A program made the position numbers and the translations under genes. DNA of 64,000 nucleotides from an uncultured Anaerolineales bacterium (GTDB taxonomy: Bacteria; Chloroflexota; Anaerolineae; Anaerolineales; UBA6663): assembly GCA_964608265.1 (NCBI GenBank), contig CAZSNP010000019.1, positions 120-64,119 on the forward strand, given 5' to 3'. The notes beneath the pieces were generated by a model, which did not search any database, was not told the origin of the DNA, and saw only the letters and a program-made list of their open reading frames with translations. The stretch's first letter is position 1. Each line of letters starts with the position of its first letter. Below, in pieces: positions 7,978 through 16,713 of the stretch.

Positions 7978-8844
7978 ATGACGCTCCTTTCCCCCGCGAC
8001 GCCTGTCGCCACCACGGATTGGGCCCCCTGTGACCTGGTCTTCTTCGATTGCGACAGCACCCTGTGCACGATCGAGGGCATTGACGAACTGGCGCGCTGG
8101 TCGGGCCGCGAGGCCGAGGTCGCCGCCCTCACCGACCGGGCGATGAACGGTGAGGTACCGCTGGAGGCGATCTACGGCCAGCGGCTCGAACTCCTCAACC
8201 CCACCCGCGAGCTTATCCAACGCCTCAGCCAGCTCTATCAACATACCGCCCTGCCCGATGCCCGCGCCGTCATCGCCGCGCTGCAACACGCCGGGCGCGA
8301 GGTCTTCATCGTCAGCGGCGGGCTGGCCGAGGGCGTGCGCGAATTCGGCCTTTGGCTCGGCCTGCCCGAAGACCACATCTGCGCGGTCGAGGTGGAATAC
8401 GATCAACTCTCCGGTCAGTGGTGGGAGCCGTGGAAGAACCCCGCCGGCCACAACCGCGCCGAGCGTTACCTCGCCCACGACGGCGGCCCGCTCACCCTCG
8501 GGCAGGGCAAGGCCGACATCATCCGGCGGCTGCGGCGGGATCGGCCCGGGCGCGCGCTGCTGGTCGGCGATGGGATTTCGGATTTGGCCGCCGCGGAAGC
8601 GGTGGATGTCTTCGCGGGCTTTGGCGGCGTGGTGAGCCGGGGCCGCGTGCGCGAAGCCGCGCCGGTCTTCATCCGTTGCGCCGAGCTCGCGCCGGTGCTG
8701 CCCCTCGCCCTGGCGCGCCCCACGGTGTCGCCGGAGTGGCAGACGCTGTTTGCGCGCGGCATTGCCCTGATCCGCGACGGGGCCGTGTCCTTCAGCGATC
8801 CGCGCGCCCAGGCTGGGCTGATACGAGCGTTGGGATTCGGATGA
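7978..8844 (+). CDS. HAD-family phosphoserine phosphatase (SerB-like)
   Basis: HAD motif I FFDCDSTLCTIEGIDELA, typical of SerB-type phosphatases. Directly upstream of serA. Start moved from track TTG 7942 to ATG 7978 because the promoter occupies 7942-7970. Confidence 0.75.
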   Translation: MTLLSPATPVATTDWAPCDLVFFDCDSTLCTIEGIDELARWSGREAEVAALTDRAMNGEVPLEAIYGQRLELLNPTRELIQRLSQLYQHTALPDARAVIAALQHAGREVFIVSGGLAEGVREFGLWLGLPEDHICAVEVEYDQLSGQWWEPWKNPAGHNRAERYLAHDGGPLTLGQGKADIIRRLRRDRPGRALLVGDGISDLAAAEAVDVFAGFGGVVSRGRVREAAPVFIRCAELAPVLPLALARPTVSPEWQTLFARGIALIRDGAVSFSDPRAQAGLIRALGFG

Positions 8845-8889
8845 AGACCGCCGGGACACAATCCGCGTCCGTCCGCGTCCAGATGAACC

Positions 8890-10470
8890 ATGTACCGAAT
8901 CCTCGTCACCGACCCACTCCCCGAAGAAGGCCTCGCAATTCTGCGCGCTGCCGAAGACGCACAGACCGAGGCCAAACGCCTGCAGGGTGAAGACCTGCTC
9001 AACGCCATCGGCGACTACGACGCGCTGATCGTCCGCTCGGGCACGGCCGTTGACCGGCCATTGATGGAGCGCGCGAGCAAACTCAAGATCATCGGGCGCG
9101 CGGGCGTGGCGGTGGACAACATCGACATCGCCGCCGCCACCGAGCGCGGCATCATGGTGATGAATACCCCCGAGCCGGTGAGCGTCTCGGCGGCGGAACA
9201 CACCCTCGGCCTGCTGCTGGCGCTCTGCCGTAACCTGCCCGCCGCGCACAACTCGCTGCGCGAGGGTGAGTGGAACCGGGGGCGCTTCCTCGGCGCGGAG
9301 TTGAAGGGCAAGACCCTCGGCCTCATCGGCCTGGGGCGGGTCGGCAAGCTCGTGGCCGAGCGGGCCCGCGGCTTCGGCATGACGGTGCTAGCCTGCGATC
9401 CGTACCTCGAGGAAGCAGTGGCGCGCGAGGCCGGCGTCACCCTCGTCACGCTCGATGAGGTGTTGGGGCGCGCCGACGTCGTCAGCCTGCATGCCTCACT
9501 CACCGGAGCCAAGCCCAGGCTGCTCGGCGCAACCGAGTTTGGCAGGATGAAAACCGGCGCGCGTTTCCTCAATACCGCGCGCGGCGAACTGGTGGACGAG
9601 TCGGCGCTGTACGAGTCGCTGAAGAGCGGCCACCTGGCCGGGGCCGCGCTCGATGTGTACGCCAAAGAGCCGCCGGGCTACTCACCGCTGTTCGATCTGC
9701 CCAACGTCATCGCCGTGCCGCACCTCGGCGCGAGCACGGTCGAGGCTCAGCGCGAGGTGGCGGTGCAAATCGCGCAGCAAGTGCTCGATGCGTTGCGCGG
9801 TCTGCACTACCACAACGTCGTCAACCTCGCTTTCGTCGCCGGGCCGGATTTCCGCCTGCGCAAGCCCTACCTCCAACTGGCCGAGAAGCTGGGCACGCTG
9901 CAAGGCCAACTGGCGGGCGGCGAGATCAAACGCGTCGAGGTGGAGGTGAAGGGTGAGGGCATGGCCGGCCTCGTCAAACCGATTGCGGTGGCGTTGCTGG
10001 CCGGGCTGATGCGGCGCCTGACGAAGGAGGCGGTGAACTACGTCAACGCCCCGGCGCTGGCCGCCGAGCGCGGCATCGCGATCACGCAAACGCGCGGTAT
10101 GCAGTTGGTGGATTATCCGAACCTGCTCTCGTGCCGGGTGAGTTGGGAGGGCGGGCAGCGGCTCGTCGCGGGCACGCTGTTCGGCGGCAGCGAGGGCCGG
10201 CTCGTGCAGGTGGATGCGGTGCGGATGGATGCCAAACCGGACGGCCACGCGCTGGTGATGCTGAGCCGGGATGTGCCCGGCGTCATCGGCATCGTCGGCA
10301 CGCTGCTGGCGCAATTCGGCGTCAACATCGCCGAGTGGCGGCTGGGCCGCGACGCACCCGGCGGCACGGCGCTGTCGTTCATCAACGTTGACGGCGCCCC
10401 GGCGCAAACGGCGCTCGATGCCATTCGCCGCCTGCCGCAAGTCATCGAGGTGCGGGCAGTGGAGTTGTGA
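8890..10470 (+). CDS. serA: D-3-phosphoglycerate dehydrogenase
   Basis: 526 aa. 2-hydroxyacid dehydrogenase NAD fold (GLIGLGRVG), catalytic region, and a C-terminal ACT domain. Confidence 0.9.
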   Translation: MYRILVTDPLPEEGLAILRAAEDAQTEAKRLQGEDLLNAIGDYDALIVRSGTAVDRPLMERASKLKIIGRAGVAVDNIDIAAATERGIMVMNTPEPVSVSAAEHTLGLLLALCRNLPAAHNSLREGEWNRGRFLGAELKGKTLGLIGLGRVGKLVAERARGFGMTVLACDPYLEEAVAREAGVTLVTLDEVLGRADVVSLHASLTGAKPRLLGATEFGRMKTGARFLNTARGELVDESALYESLKSGHLAGAALDVYAKEPPGYSPLFDLPNVIAVPHLGASTVEAQREVAVQIAQQVLDALRGLHYHNVVNLAFVAGPDFRLRKPYLQLAEKLGTLQGQLAGGEIKRVEVEVKGEGMAGLVKPIAVALLAGLMRRLTKEAVNYVNAPALAAERGIAITQTRGMQLVDYPNLLSCRVSWEGGQRLVAGTLFGGSEGRLVQVDAVRMDAKPDGHALVMLSRDVPGVIGIVGTLLAQFGVNIAEWRLGRDAPGGTALSFINVDGAPAQTALDAIRRLPQVIEVRAVEL

Positions 10471-10491
10471 CCACGCCAGTCAATGGAGCAT

Positions 10492-10743
10492 TTACCAGTC
10501 CTCACGCTCGATGGTTTGGCTCTGCACTCGTTGCAATCCGGGATCGAGACCCGAAGGTTGACCGGCGTAAACCGCGTCAAAGCGTGCGGTGAGTTCGGCA
10601 TCGGCGAATGGCCCGCCGGCTTGTCTACGCGTTGTTCGCTCGACAAGCATTCGGCGTAAAAGTTCGTGAACGGCCACGCCTTCCGATTGGGCCAGAGACT
10701 TTAGTTGCTCCGCCAGTTGATCGGGCAAGGGAAGATTGGTCAT
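10492..10743 (-). CDS. small ribbon-helix-helix (CopG/antitoxin-like) protein
   Basis: MTNLPLPDQLAEQLKSLAQSEGVAVHELLRRMLVE is an RHH-like N-terminus. GGAGG lies just upstream of ATG 10743. No partner toxin gene is adjacent. Confidence 0.5.
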   Translation of the reverse strand: MTNLPLPDQLAEQLKSLAQSEGVAVHELLRRMLVERTTRRQAGGPFADAELTARFDAVYAGQPSGLDPGLQRVQSQTIEREDW

Positions 10744-10776
10744 AAGGCCTCCAAGCATGGCAAATTATACGCCCGC

Positions 10777-12699
10777 TCAATCTCCAGCCAGCGACAGCGC
10801 GACCGGCGCGCCGCGCAGATGCTTCGGCTTCACCTCCGGGCACTCCCACGCCTCGGCGGGCGTTTGTGAGCGCAGCCCGGTGAACCTGGGCAGGATGCCG
10901 CAGGCGAAGCAGCGCTCGCGGCAGTCAATCCGCGTTTGGCCGCGCAGGCTCCAGCGGTAATCCTCGGCCAGGAATTGCTTCTTCACCGCCACGTCAATGT
11001 GATCCCACGGGAAGGTCTCGTCAATCAGGCGCGGGCGGTGTGTGTAGAAGCGCGGGTCGAGGCCGGCAGCCGCGAACGAGTCGAGCCAGGCGCCGAAATT
11101 GAAATGCTCCTGCCAGGCGTCGAACTTCGCGCCGCGCCGGTGCGCCTCCAGCAGCACGCGGCCCAGCCGCCGGTCGCCGCGCGAGAACCACGCTTCCAGT
11201 TGCGTCTCCTGCGGATTGTTCCAATTCAACTTCAACCCCGGCCCGCGCAGCGCGCGCTTGAGCAAATCCTGCTTGGCGATGATTTGATGCACGTCGTCGC
11301 ACGGCACCCACTGAAACGGCGTGTGTGGCTTGGGCACGAAGGTGCTCACCCCGGCGTTGACCTGCACGCGGTTGCCGGCGATCTTGCGCCCCTCGTCGCG
11401 CACCAGTTTGCACAGGTCGGCGATGGCCTGCACGTCCTCGAGCGTCTCGGCCGGGTGGCCGATCATGAAATATAGCTTGATCGTCGTCCAGCCGCGCTCG
11501 AAGACCGCGCGCGCCGTCGTCAACAGTTGCTCGGTGCTCACCGGTTTGTTGATGATCTCGCGCATCCGCTCGGTGGCGGCCTCGGGCGCAAAGGTGAAGC
11601 CGCCGCGTTTGTTGTCCTTCAGCAGCTCCATCAATTGCACCGAAGCCGTTTCGATCCGTAACGACGGCAGCGAGATGCTGAGGTGCTTCCCGGCGAACTT
11701 CTCGCCGACGCGCTTCACCAGTTCGAGCACCTCATCGTAATCTGAGGATGACAGCGACAGCAGCGCGATCTCCTCGAAGCCCGTGTTGCGCAGCCCCTGT
11801 TCGAGCGCGTCCACGATCTGATCCACGCTGCGCTCGCGCACCGGGCGCGTGATCATGCCGGCGTGGCAGAAGCGGCAGCCGCGCGTACAACCGCGCATGA
11901 TCTCGACCGGATAGCGGTTGTGCACGGTGTTGATATACGGGACGATGAGTTTGGTCGGCGGCGGCGGGAGGATGGGGACGATGCGCTTGATGACTTTGGC
12001 CGGAGCCTCGGGGGCCAGCGGCATGACTGCGGCCACGGTGCCGTCGTCGTTGTAGAGCGGCTCGTACAGCGCGGGCACGTACACGCCCCAGATCTTCGCC
12101 AATGCGCGCAGCAGCGCGTCTTTGTCTCCGTCGCCGGCCTTCCACTGCCGCACTGTGGTGATGATGTCGAAGATCACATCCTCACCCTCGCCGATGACGA
12201 AGGCGTCGATGAAGTCGGCCATCGGCTCAGGGTTGTAGGTGCTGTGCCCACCGGCGATGATGAGGGGATGGCGGCGCGGGTCGCGGTCGGCGGCCAGCAG
12301 CGGCAGCCCGGCCAGATCGATGAGATTCAGGACGTTCGAGTACAACTGTTCGTAAGGGATGGAGAGCGCGAAGAGGTCGAACTCGCGCACGGCGTGTTTG
12401 GTTTCGAGCGAGTACAACGGCACGCCGCTGGCCCGCATCGCCGCCTCCATATCGCTCCACGGGCTGTAGGCGCGCTCGGCCAACACGTCGGGCCGCTGGT
12501 TAATCAGCTCGTACAGAATCCCAATGCCGAGGTTGGGTGTGCCGATGTCATAGATGTCGGGAAACGCCAGGCAGACGCGGAAATCAATCGCCGCCCAGTC
12601 TTTGGTGACGGAGTTCAGCTCGCCGCCGGTGTAGCGGCCCGGTTTGGCCACCGTGGGCAGGAGGCGGTCGAGGGCGACCTCAATTTGTTCGGGAGTCAT
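10777..12699 (-). CDS. B12-binding-domain radical SAM protein (TIGR03960-like)
   Basis: 640 aa. Radical SAM Cys motif MRGCTRGCRFC. N-terminal PGRYTGGELN pattern of the TIGR03960 family. Confidence 0.8.
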   Translation of the reverse strand: MTPEQIEVALDRLLPTVAKPGRYTGGELNSVTKDWAAIDFRVCLAFPDIYDIGTPNLGIGILYELINQRPDVLAERAYSPWSDMEAAMRASGVPLYSLETKHAVREFDLFALSIPYEQLYSNVLNLIDLAGLPLLAADRDPRRHPLIIAGGHSTYNPEPMADFIDAFVIGEGEDVIFDIITTVRQWKAGDGDKDALLRALAKIWGVYVPALYEPLYNDDGTVAAVMPLAPEAPAKVIKRIVPILPPPPTKLIVPYINTVHNRYPVEIMRGCTRGCRFCHAGMITRPVRERSVDQIVDALEQGLRNTGFEEIALLSLSSSDYDEVLELVKRVGEKFAGKHLSISLPSLRIETASVQLMELLKDNKRGGFTFAPEAATERMREIINKPVSTEQLLTTARAVFERGWTTIKLYFMIGHPAETLEDVQAIADLCKLVRDEGRKIAGNRVQVNAGVSTFVPKPHTPFQWVPCDDVHQIIAKQDLLKRALRGPGLKLNWNNPQETQLEAWFSRGDRRLGRVLLEAHRRGAKFDAWQEHFNFGAWLDSFAAAGLDPRFYTHRPRLIDETFPWDHIDVAVKKQFLAEDYRWSLRGQTRIDCRERCFACGILPRFTGLRSQTPAEAWECPEVKPKHLRGAPVALSLAGD

Positions 12700-12746
12700 A
12701 CCACATACCTTTTTAGAAGATCGTGGTTGACATTATAACTCGACCC

Positions 12747-13157
12747 TCATGCCGCCAGTTCATAGTCCCAGGTGATGTGCGCCACGCCGCGGATGGTGGC
12801 AGCCACCGCGCAGTATTTCTCCTCGGAGAGGCGGATCGCCTGCTCGACGCCGTGGGGCGTCAGCCCGGCGCCGCGCAGGGCGAAGTGCATGTGGATCTTG
12901 CGAAACGTCCACGGTGGCTCGGGGTCTTGCTCGCCACTGACAGCGATGTTCAGATCGCTGAGCGGCGTGCGCTTCTTGGCCAGAATCTCGACCACATCCA
13001 CCGCCGTACACGCACCCAGCGCGATCAACAGCATATCGGAGGGTTTGCACCCCACTCCGTTGGCCTCATCCTGCGTGCTGAGCACCACCGAGTGTTTGCT
13101 CGAATCGATGGCGACAAACTGTTGGTGCTGAATCCACTTGATGGTTGCGCTGGGCAT
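12747..13157 (-). CDS. OsmC-family peroxiredoxin-like protein
   Basis: OsmC pattern with both Cys (ALGACTAVD and EKYCAVAAT). GGGAG lies 8 nt before ATG 13157. Confidence 0.8.
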   Translation of the reverse strand: MPSATIKWIQHQQFVAIDSSKHSVVLSTQDEANGVGCKPSDMLLIALGACTAVDVVEILAKKRTPLSDLNIAVSGEQDPEPPWTFRKIHMHFALRGAGLTPHGVEQAIRLSEEKYCAVAATIRGVAHITWDYELAA

Positions 13158-13369
13158 AGGCCACACTCCCTGTTTGCTGATTGGAGGCGATTGTAGTCAA
13201 AAGGTCACGGCCCACCCGGATGACATTCGTCCTCACTTTGGCGCCGATTGTTAGGGACGTCTCTCACCCTGGGGCACCCGGTCAGCGGCTTGCCCGCGGC
13301 GGTGCCGATGAGCGAATTGGCTCGGGTCAATCCGCTCATTCGCTTCCCCAATCCGTTGCCCGATGATTG

Positions 13370-13378
13370 TGATAAAAT
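13370..13378 (+). promoter_or_regulatory. extended -10 promoter candidate for tRNA-Glu
   Basis: TGATAAAAT, about 20 nt upstream of the mature tRNA 5' end. Confidence 0.4.
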
Positions 13379-13397
13379 GCGCGCCGTTCAATTGGAC

Positions 13398-13470
13398 GCC
13401 CCTATCGTCTAGTGGACCAGGACGCGGCCCTCTCAAGGCCAAAACTGGGGTTCGAATCCCCATAGGGGCA
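13398..13470 (+). tRNA. tRNA-Glu (anticodon CUC)
   Basis: Cloverleaf by hand. Acceptor GCCCCTA/TAGGGGC. D arm GTCT-AGTGGACCA-GGAC. Anticodon stem CGGCC/GGCCA with loop CTCTCAA. 4-nt variable loop. T arm TGGGG-TTCGAAT-CCCCA. Discriminator A. CCA is not encoded. Confidence 0.9.
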
Positions 13471-13559
13471 CTCGCAACGCGAGCGACAGGTCGCCAGCCA
13501 CTGCGCGGCCTGTTTTCATTTGGCGCGGTAGAATCACCATCGGAGCGAGCTTTCACACA

Positions 13560-14225
13560 ATGAATCGTACTTGGACGATCTTGCTCAGTGGGTTGTTTGG
13601 TTTGCCGGTCGTTGCCGTGATGGCGTTCGTGGTTTTTCAGCCGGTGAAGGTGCTGCCGCGCATGCAGCTTGCGCCCGGCTTTGCCCTCACCGATCAGGAC
13701 GGCCAGGCCCTGACGAGCGAAGACCTGCGCGGCAACATCACGCTGTATTCCTTCACCTATTCGCACTGCCCGGCGGATTGTCCGCCGGCCACGGCGCGGC
13801 TGCTCGAGTTGCAACAACAGTTGGGCCAGCGACCCTCGGGCGGCGTGCCGGTGAAGCTGGTGACGGTGACGGTGGATGCCGAGCGCGACACCCCGCCGGT
13901 GCTGCGCGACTTCGGCGCGCAATTGGGCGCCGATTTCGACGGCTGGGCCTTCGCCACCGGCGACGAGACGCGGCTGCGGCGGGTGGTGGCCAACGGTTTC
14001 GGGTTGTTCTTCGCCCGCCGACCCGATGGCTCGTTCGAACTCGATCAGCGCATGTACCTGGTGGATAGCCTGGGCCTCATCCGCGCGGAATACTCCTTCT
14101 TTGTGCCCACCCTTGAGCGGCTGCTGCGCGATATCCGTCTATTGACCGAGGAAGCCGAGAACAGTCAGGGAATGGCGCGCTACGTGTACGAGGCCGCACA
14201 CCTCTTCGCCTGCTACGCCCCATGA
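13560..14225 (+). CDS. SCO1/SenC-family copper chaperone / thiol-disulfide oxidoreductase
   Basis: N-terminal TM helix. CxxxC motif YSFTYSHCPADCP. Confidence 0.8.
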   Translation: MNRTWTILLSGLFGLPVVAVMAFVVFQPVKVLPRMQLAPGFALTDQDGQALTSEDLRGNITLYSFTYSHCPADCPPATARLLELQQQLGQRPSGGVPVKLVTVTVDAERDTPPVLRDFGAQLGADFDGWAFATGDETRLRRVVANGFGLFFARRPDGSFELDQRMYLVDSLGLIRAEYSFFVPTLERLLRDIRLLTEEAENSQGMARYVYEAAHLFACYAP

Positions 14226-14830
14226 AACGCCTGGCCTTTCTCTCGGCTGGGCTGTTGGCCGGGCTGGGCCTGGCCCTGGCTGCCGTGCTGCTCGGGCCGC
14301 GCCTGTTCGGCGCACCATTCGAACTGCGCGGCATGGCGCTCGACGGCTCCAGGCCTGCGCCCAACTTCGCCTTCACCGAGGCAGCCGGCCGGCGCGTGCA
14401 GCTCAGCGACTTCCGCGACAAAGTCGTGGCCGTGTACTTCGGGTACACCTTCTGCCCGGATGTCTGCCCGACGACGCTGGTCGATCTCAAGCGGGCGGTC
14501 GAGGCGCTCGGCGCGCAGGCCGAGGCGGTGCAGGTGATCTTCATCTCGGTTGACCCGGAACGCGACACCCCGCAGCGCGCGATGGATTACGCCCGCGCCT
14601 TCAACCCCGACTTCATCGGCCTGAGCGGCACACTCGATGAGGTGGCCTCGGCGGCCACAATGTTCGGCGTTTACTTTGAGAAGAAGGCCAGCGCCAGCGC
14701 CGCCGGCTATCTGGTCGATCACACCTCCGTCGTCACCGTCGTCGATCGGGCCGGACGCATCCGGGTGCTCTGGCCGTTCGGATTCAAGAGCGAAGATATG
14801 ACGGCCGACCTTCAGACGTTGCTGCGGTAG
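14222..14830 (+). CDS. SCO1/SenC-family protein, second copy
   Basis: Signal/TM helix. [15 protein letters not shown] motif. ATGA overlap with the upstream copy. Confidence 0.8.
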   Translation: MKRLAFLSAGLLAGLGLALAAVLLGPRLFGAPFELRGMALDGSRPAPNFAFTEAAGRRVQLSDFRDKVVAVYFGYTFCPDVCPTTLVDLKRAVEALGAQAEAVQVIFISVDPERDTPQRAMDYARAFNPDFIGLSGTLDEVASAATMFGVYFEKKASASAAGYLVDHTSVVTVVDRAGRIRVLWPFGFKSEDMTADLQTLLR

Positions 14831-14857
14831 CGCAACCATCCGCGATTCGCAATCTCA

Positions 14858-15796
14858 ATGCTTCCCTTTCGCCTGCAACCTGAGTTCCGTGGACGGGTGT
14901 GGGGCGGGCGACGCCTCCAGCCCGAAGCATCCCATCCCATCGGTGAAGCGTGGATTGTGTACGAACGCAACCTCGTCGCCGAAGGCCCCCATGCAGGCCG
15001 CACCCTGGGCGCGCTGGCCGCCGCCGAGGGCGAACGGCTGCTGGGCAAACGCCCGCTGCGCGCCACCGGGTTGCGTTTTCCATTGCTGATTAAGTTGCTC
15101 GATTGCGAAGACTGGCTCTCGGTGCAGGTTCATCCGAACGATGAACAGGCCGCGCGGCTCGAGGGGCCGGGCCACTTTGGCAAGACCGAGGCCTGGCACC
15201 TCCTGGAGGCCCGGGCCGAAGCGCGTTTGATCGCCGGGCTGCGCGCCGGCACGAGCGCCGCCGACTTTGGCGAGGCGGTGCGCGGCGGCACGCTGGCTGA
15301 GCACGTGCGCTACCTCGACGTCCATGCCGGCGAGACGGTGATGATGCGGGCCGGCACGGTCCACGCGCTCGGGCCGGGCCTGCTGCTGTACGAGATTCAG
15401 CAGACCTCCGACCTCACCTATCGCGTCTTCGACTGGAACCGCCCGGCCAGTGCGGGCCGTGAGTTGCACATCGAGAAGTCACTGGCCGTGACGGATGTAT
15501 CCGCAGTGGGCCGCGCCGAGCCGCTGCCCGAGTTGCGCGACGGCGCAGTGCACACCCTGACCACCTGTGAGTATTTCACCCTCGGCCTGCTTCGCGCCGC
15601 CTCGTTACCGGTCGCGCTCCACACGCGCGGCGAATCATTTCACGCGCTGACGGTGACCGAGGGGAGGGTTCGAGCTGAAGGGGAGGGATGGAGTGAGCCG
15701 CTGAGGAAGTTCGAAACGCTGATCGTGCCGGCGGTCTGCGGCGCGTATCGGGTTGTGCCGCTGGAAGCCAGCCGGGTGCTGAAGGCCAGCGCGTAA
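14858..15796 (+). CDS. class I mannose-6-phosphate isomerase-like (cupin) protein
   Basis: RVWGG...[20 protein letters not shown]...[11 protein letters not shown]...VHALGPG pattern of type I PMI. Confidence 0.75.
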   Translation: MLPFRLQPEFRGRVWGGRRLQPEASHPIGEAWIVYERNLVAEGPHAGRTLGALAAAEGERLLGKRPLRATGLRFPLLIKLLDCEDWLSVQVHPNDEQAARLEGPGHFGKTEAWHLLEARAEARLIAGLRAGTSAADFGEAVRGGTLAEHVRYLDVHAGETVMMRAGTVHALGPGLLLYEIQQTSDLTYRVFDWNRPASAGRELHIEKSLAVTDVSAVGRAEPLPELRDGAVHTLTTCEYFTLGLLRAASLPVALHTRGESFHALTVTEGRVRAEGEGWSEPLRKFETLIVPAVCGAYRVVPLEASRVLKASA

Positions 15797-15855
15797 CGAG
15801 TCCGCCAAGTCACAGGCAGCGACACAAAGGCGCCTTCTTCGTGCCACCAGGCGCT

Positions 15856-16662
15856 TCAAAGCTGAGACAGGATGATCGGCCCGTGCTCGGTGATGGCGAC
15901 GGTGTGCTCAAACTGCGCCGAGAGCTTGCCGTCCTTCGTCACCACCGTCCAGCCGTCCTTGAGCATCTTCCACTCAGCCACGCCGGCGTTGATCATCGGC
16001 TCGATGGTGAACGTCATGCCGGGGCGCATGCGCGGGCCCTTGTTCTCGGGCCGCACGTGCGGCACCGACGGCGGCTCGTGCAGCGTGCGCCCGATGCCGT
16101 GCCCGCCCCACTCCACCACCACGCTGTAGCCGTTCCCCTCCGCGTAATCCTGAATCGCCGCGCCGATGTCGGCCAGATGGTTGCCCGGTTGCGCCGCCTC
16201 GATGCCCAGCCGCAGGCATTCCTGCGTCACGTCGAGCAGCGCCTGCGCCTCGGCGGAGATTTTTCCCACCGCAAACGTCACGCACGCATCCCCGCAATAG
16301 CCGTTGTACTTCAAGCCGATATCAATCCCGACGATATCGCCCTCGCGCAGCACGCGTTTGTTCGGTAATCCGTGACAGACCTCCTCGTTGACGGAGGCGC
16401 AGATAACGCCGGGGAAGGGCGGGTGACTGGCCGGGTTGCCGCGGTAACCCTTGTACAGCGGCTGCGCGCCCCGGTCGCGGATGAGGGCGGCCACCTTGTC
16501 GTCGATTTCTTTCAAGGTGATGCCGGGGCGGATGGTGTGCTGAATCAGATCGAAGCACTCGGCGACCAACCGGCCCGATTCGCGCATGGCGGCGATATCC
16601 TGCGGGCGCTTGAGGGTGATTTGTTCCTGGCGCGGTTTGGGTTTCAGAAGTTCAAGGATCAC
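15856..16662 (-). CDS. map: type I methionine aminopeptidase
   Basis: 268 aa with the pita-bread fold pattern (ICHG...GDIVGIDIG...GHGIG...EP). GTG start. TATAAT on the minus strand at 16700-16705. Confidence 0.9.
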   Translation of the reverse strand: MILELLKPKPRQEQITLKRPQDIAAMRESGRLVAECFDLIQHTIRPGITLKEIDDKVAALIRDRGAQPLYKGYRGNPASHPPFPGVICASVNEEVCHGLPNKRVLREGDIVGIDIGLKYNGYCGDACVTFAVGKISAEAQALLDVTQECLRLGIEAAQPGNHLADIGAAIQDYAEGNGYSVVVEWGGHGIGRTLHEPPSVPHVRPENKGPRMRPGMTFTIEPMINAGVAEWKMLKDGWTVVTKDGKLSAQFEHTVAITEHGPIILSQL

Positions 16663-16713
16663 GCGGTGACTTTCAAGAGATGAATTGATGACCGCGCGAA
16701 TTATAGCGTGAAG

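Noticed and set aside
10492-10743. A complete toxin-antitoxin pair around the RHH protein.
   Set aside because: No toxin-sized ORF is adjacent. Downstream on its strand is the convergent serA end, and upstream is the radical SAM gene. Treated as an orphan RHH regulator.
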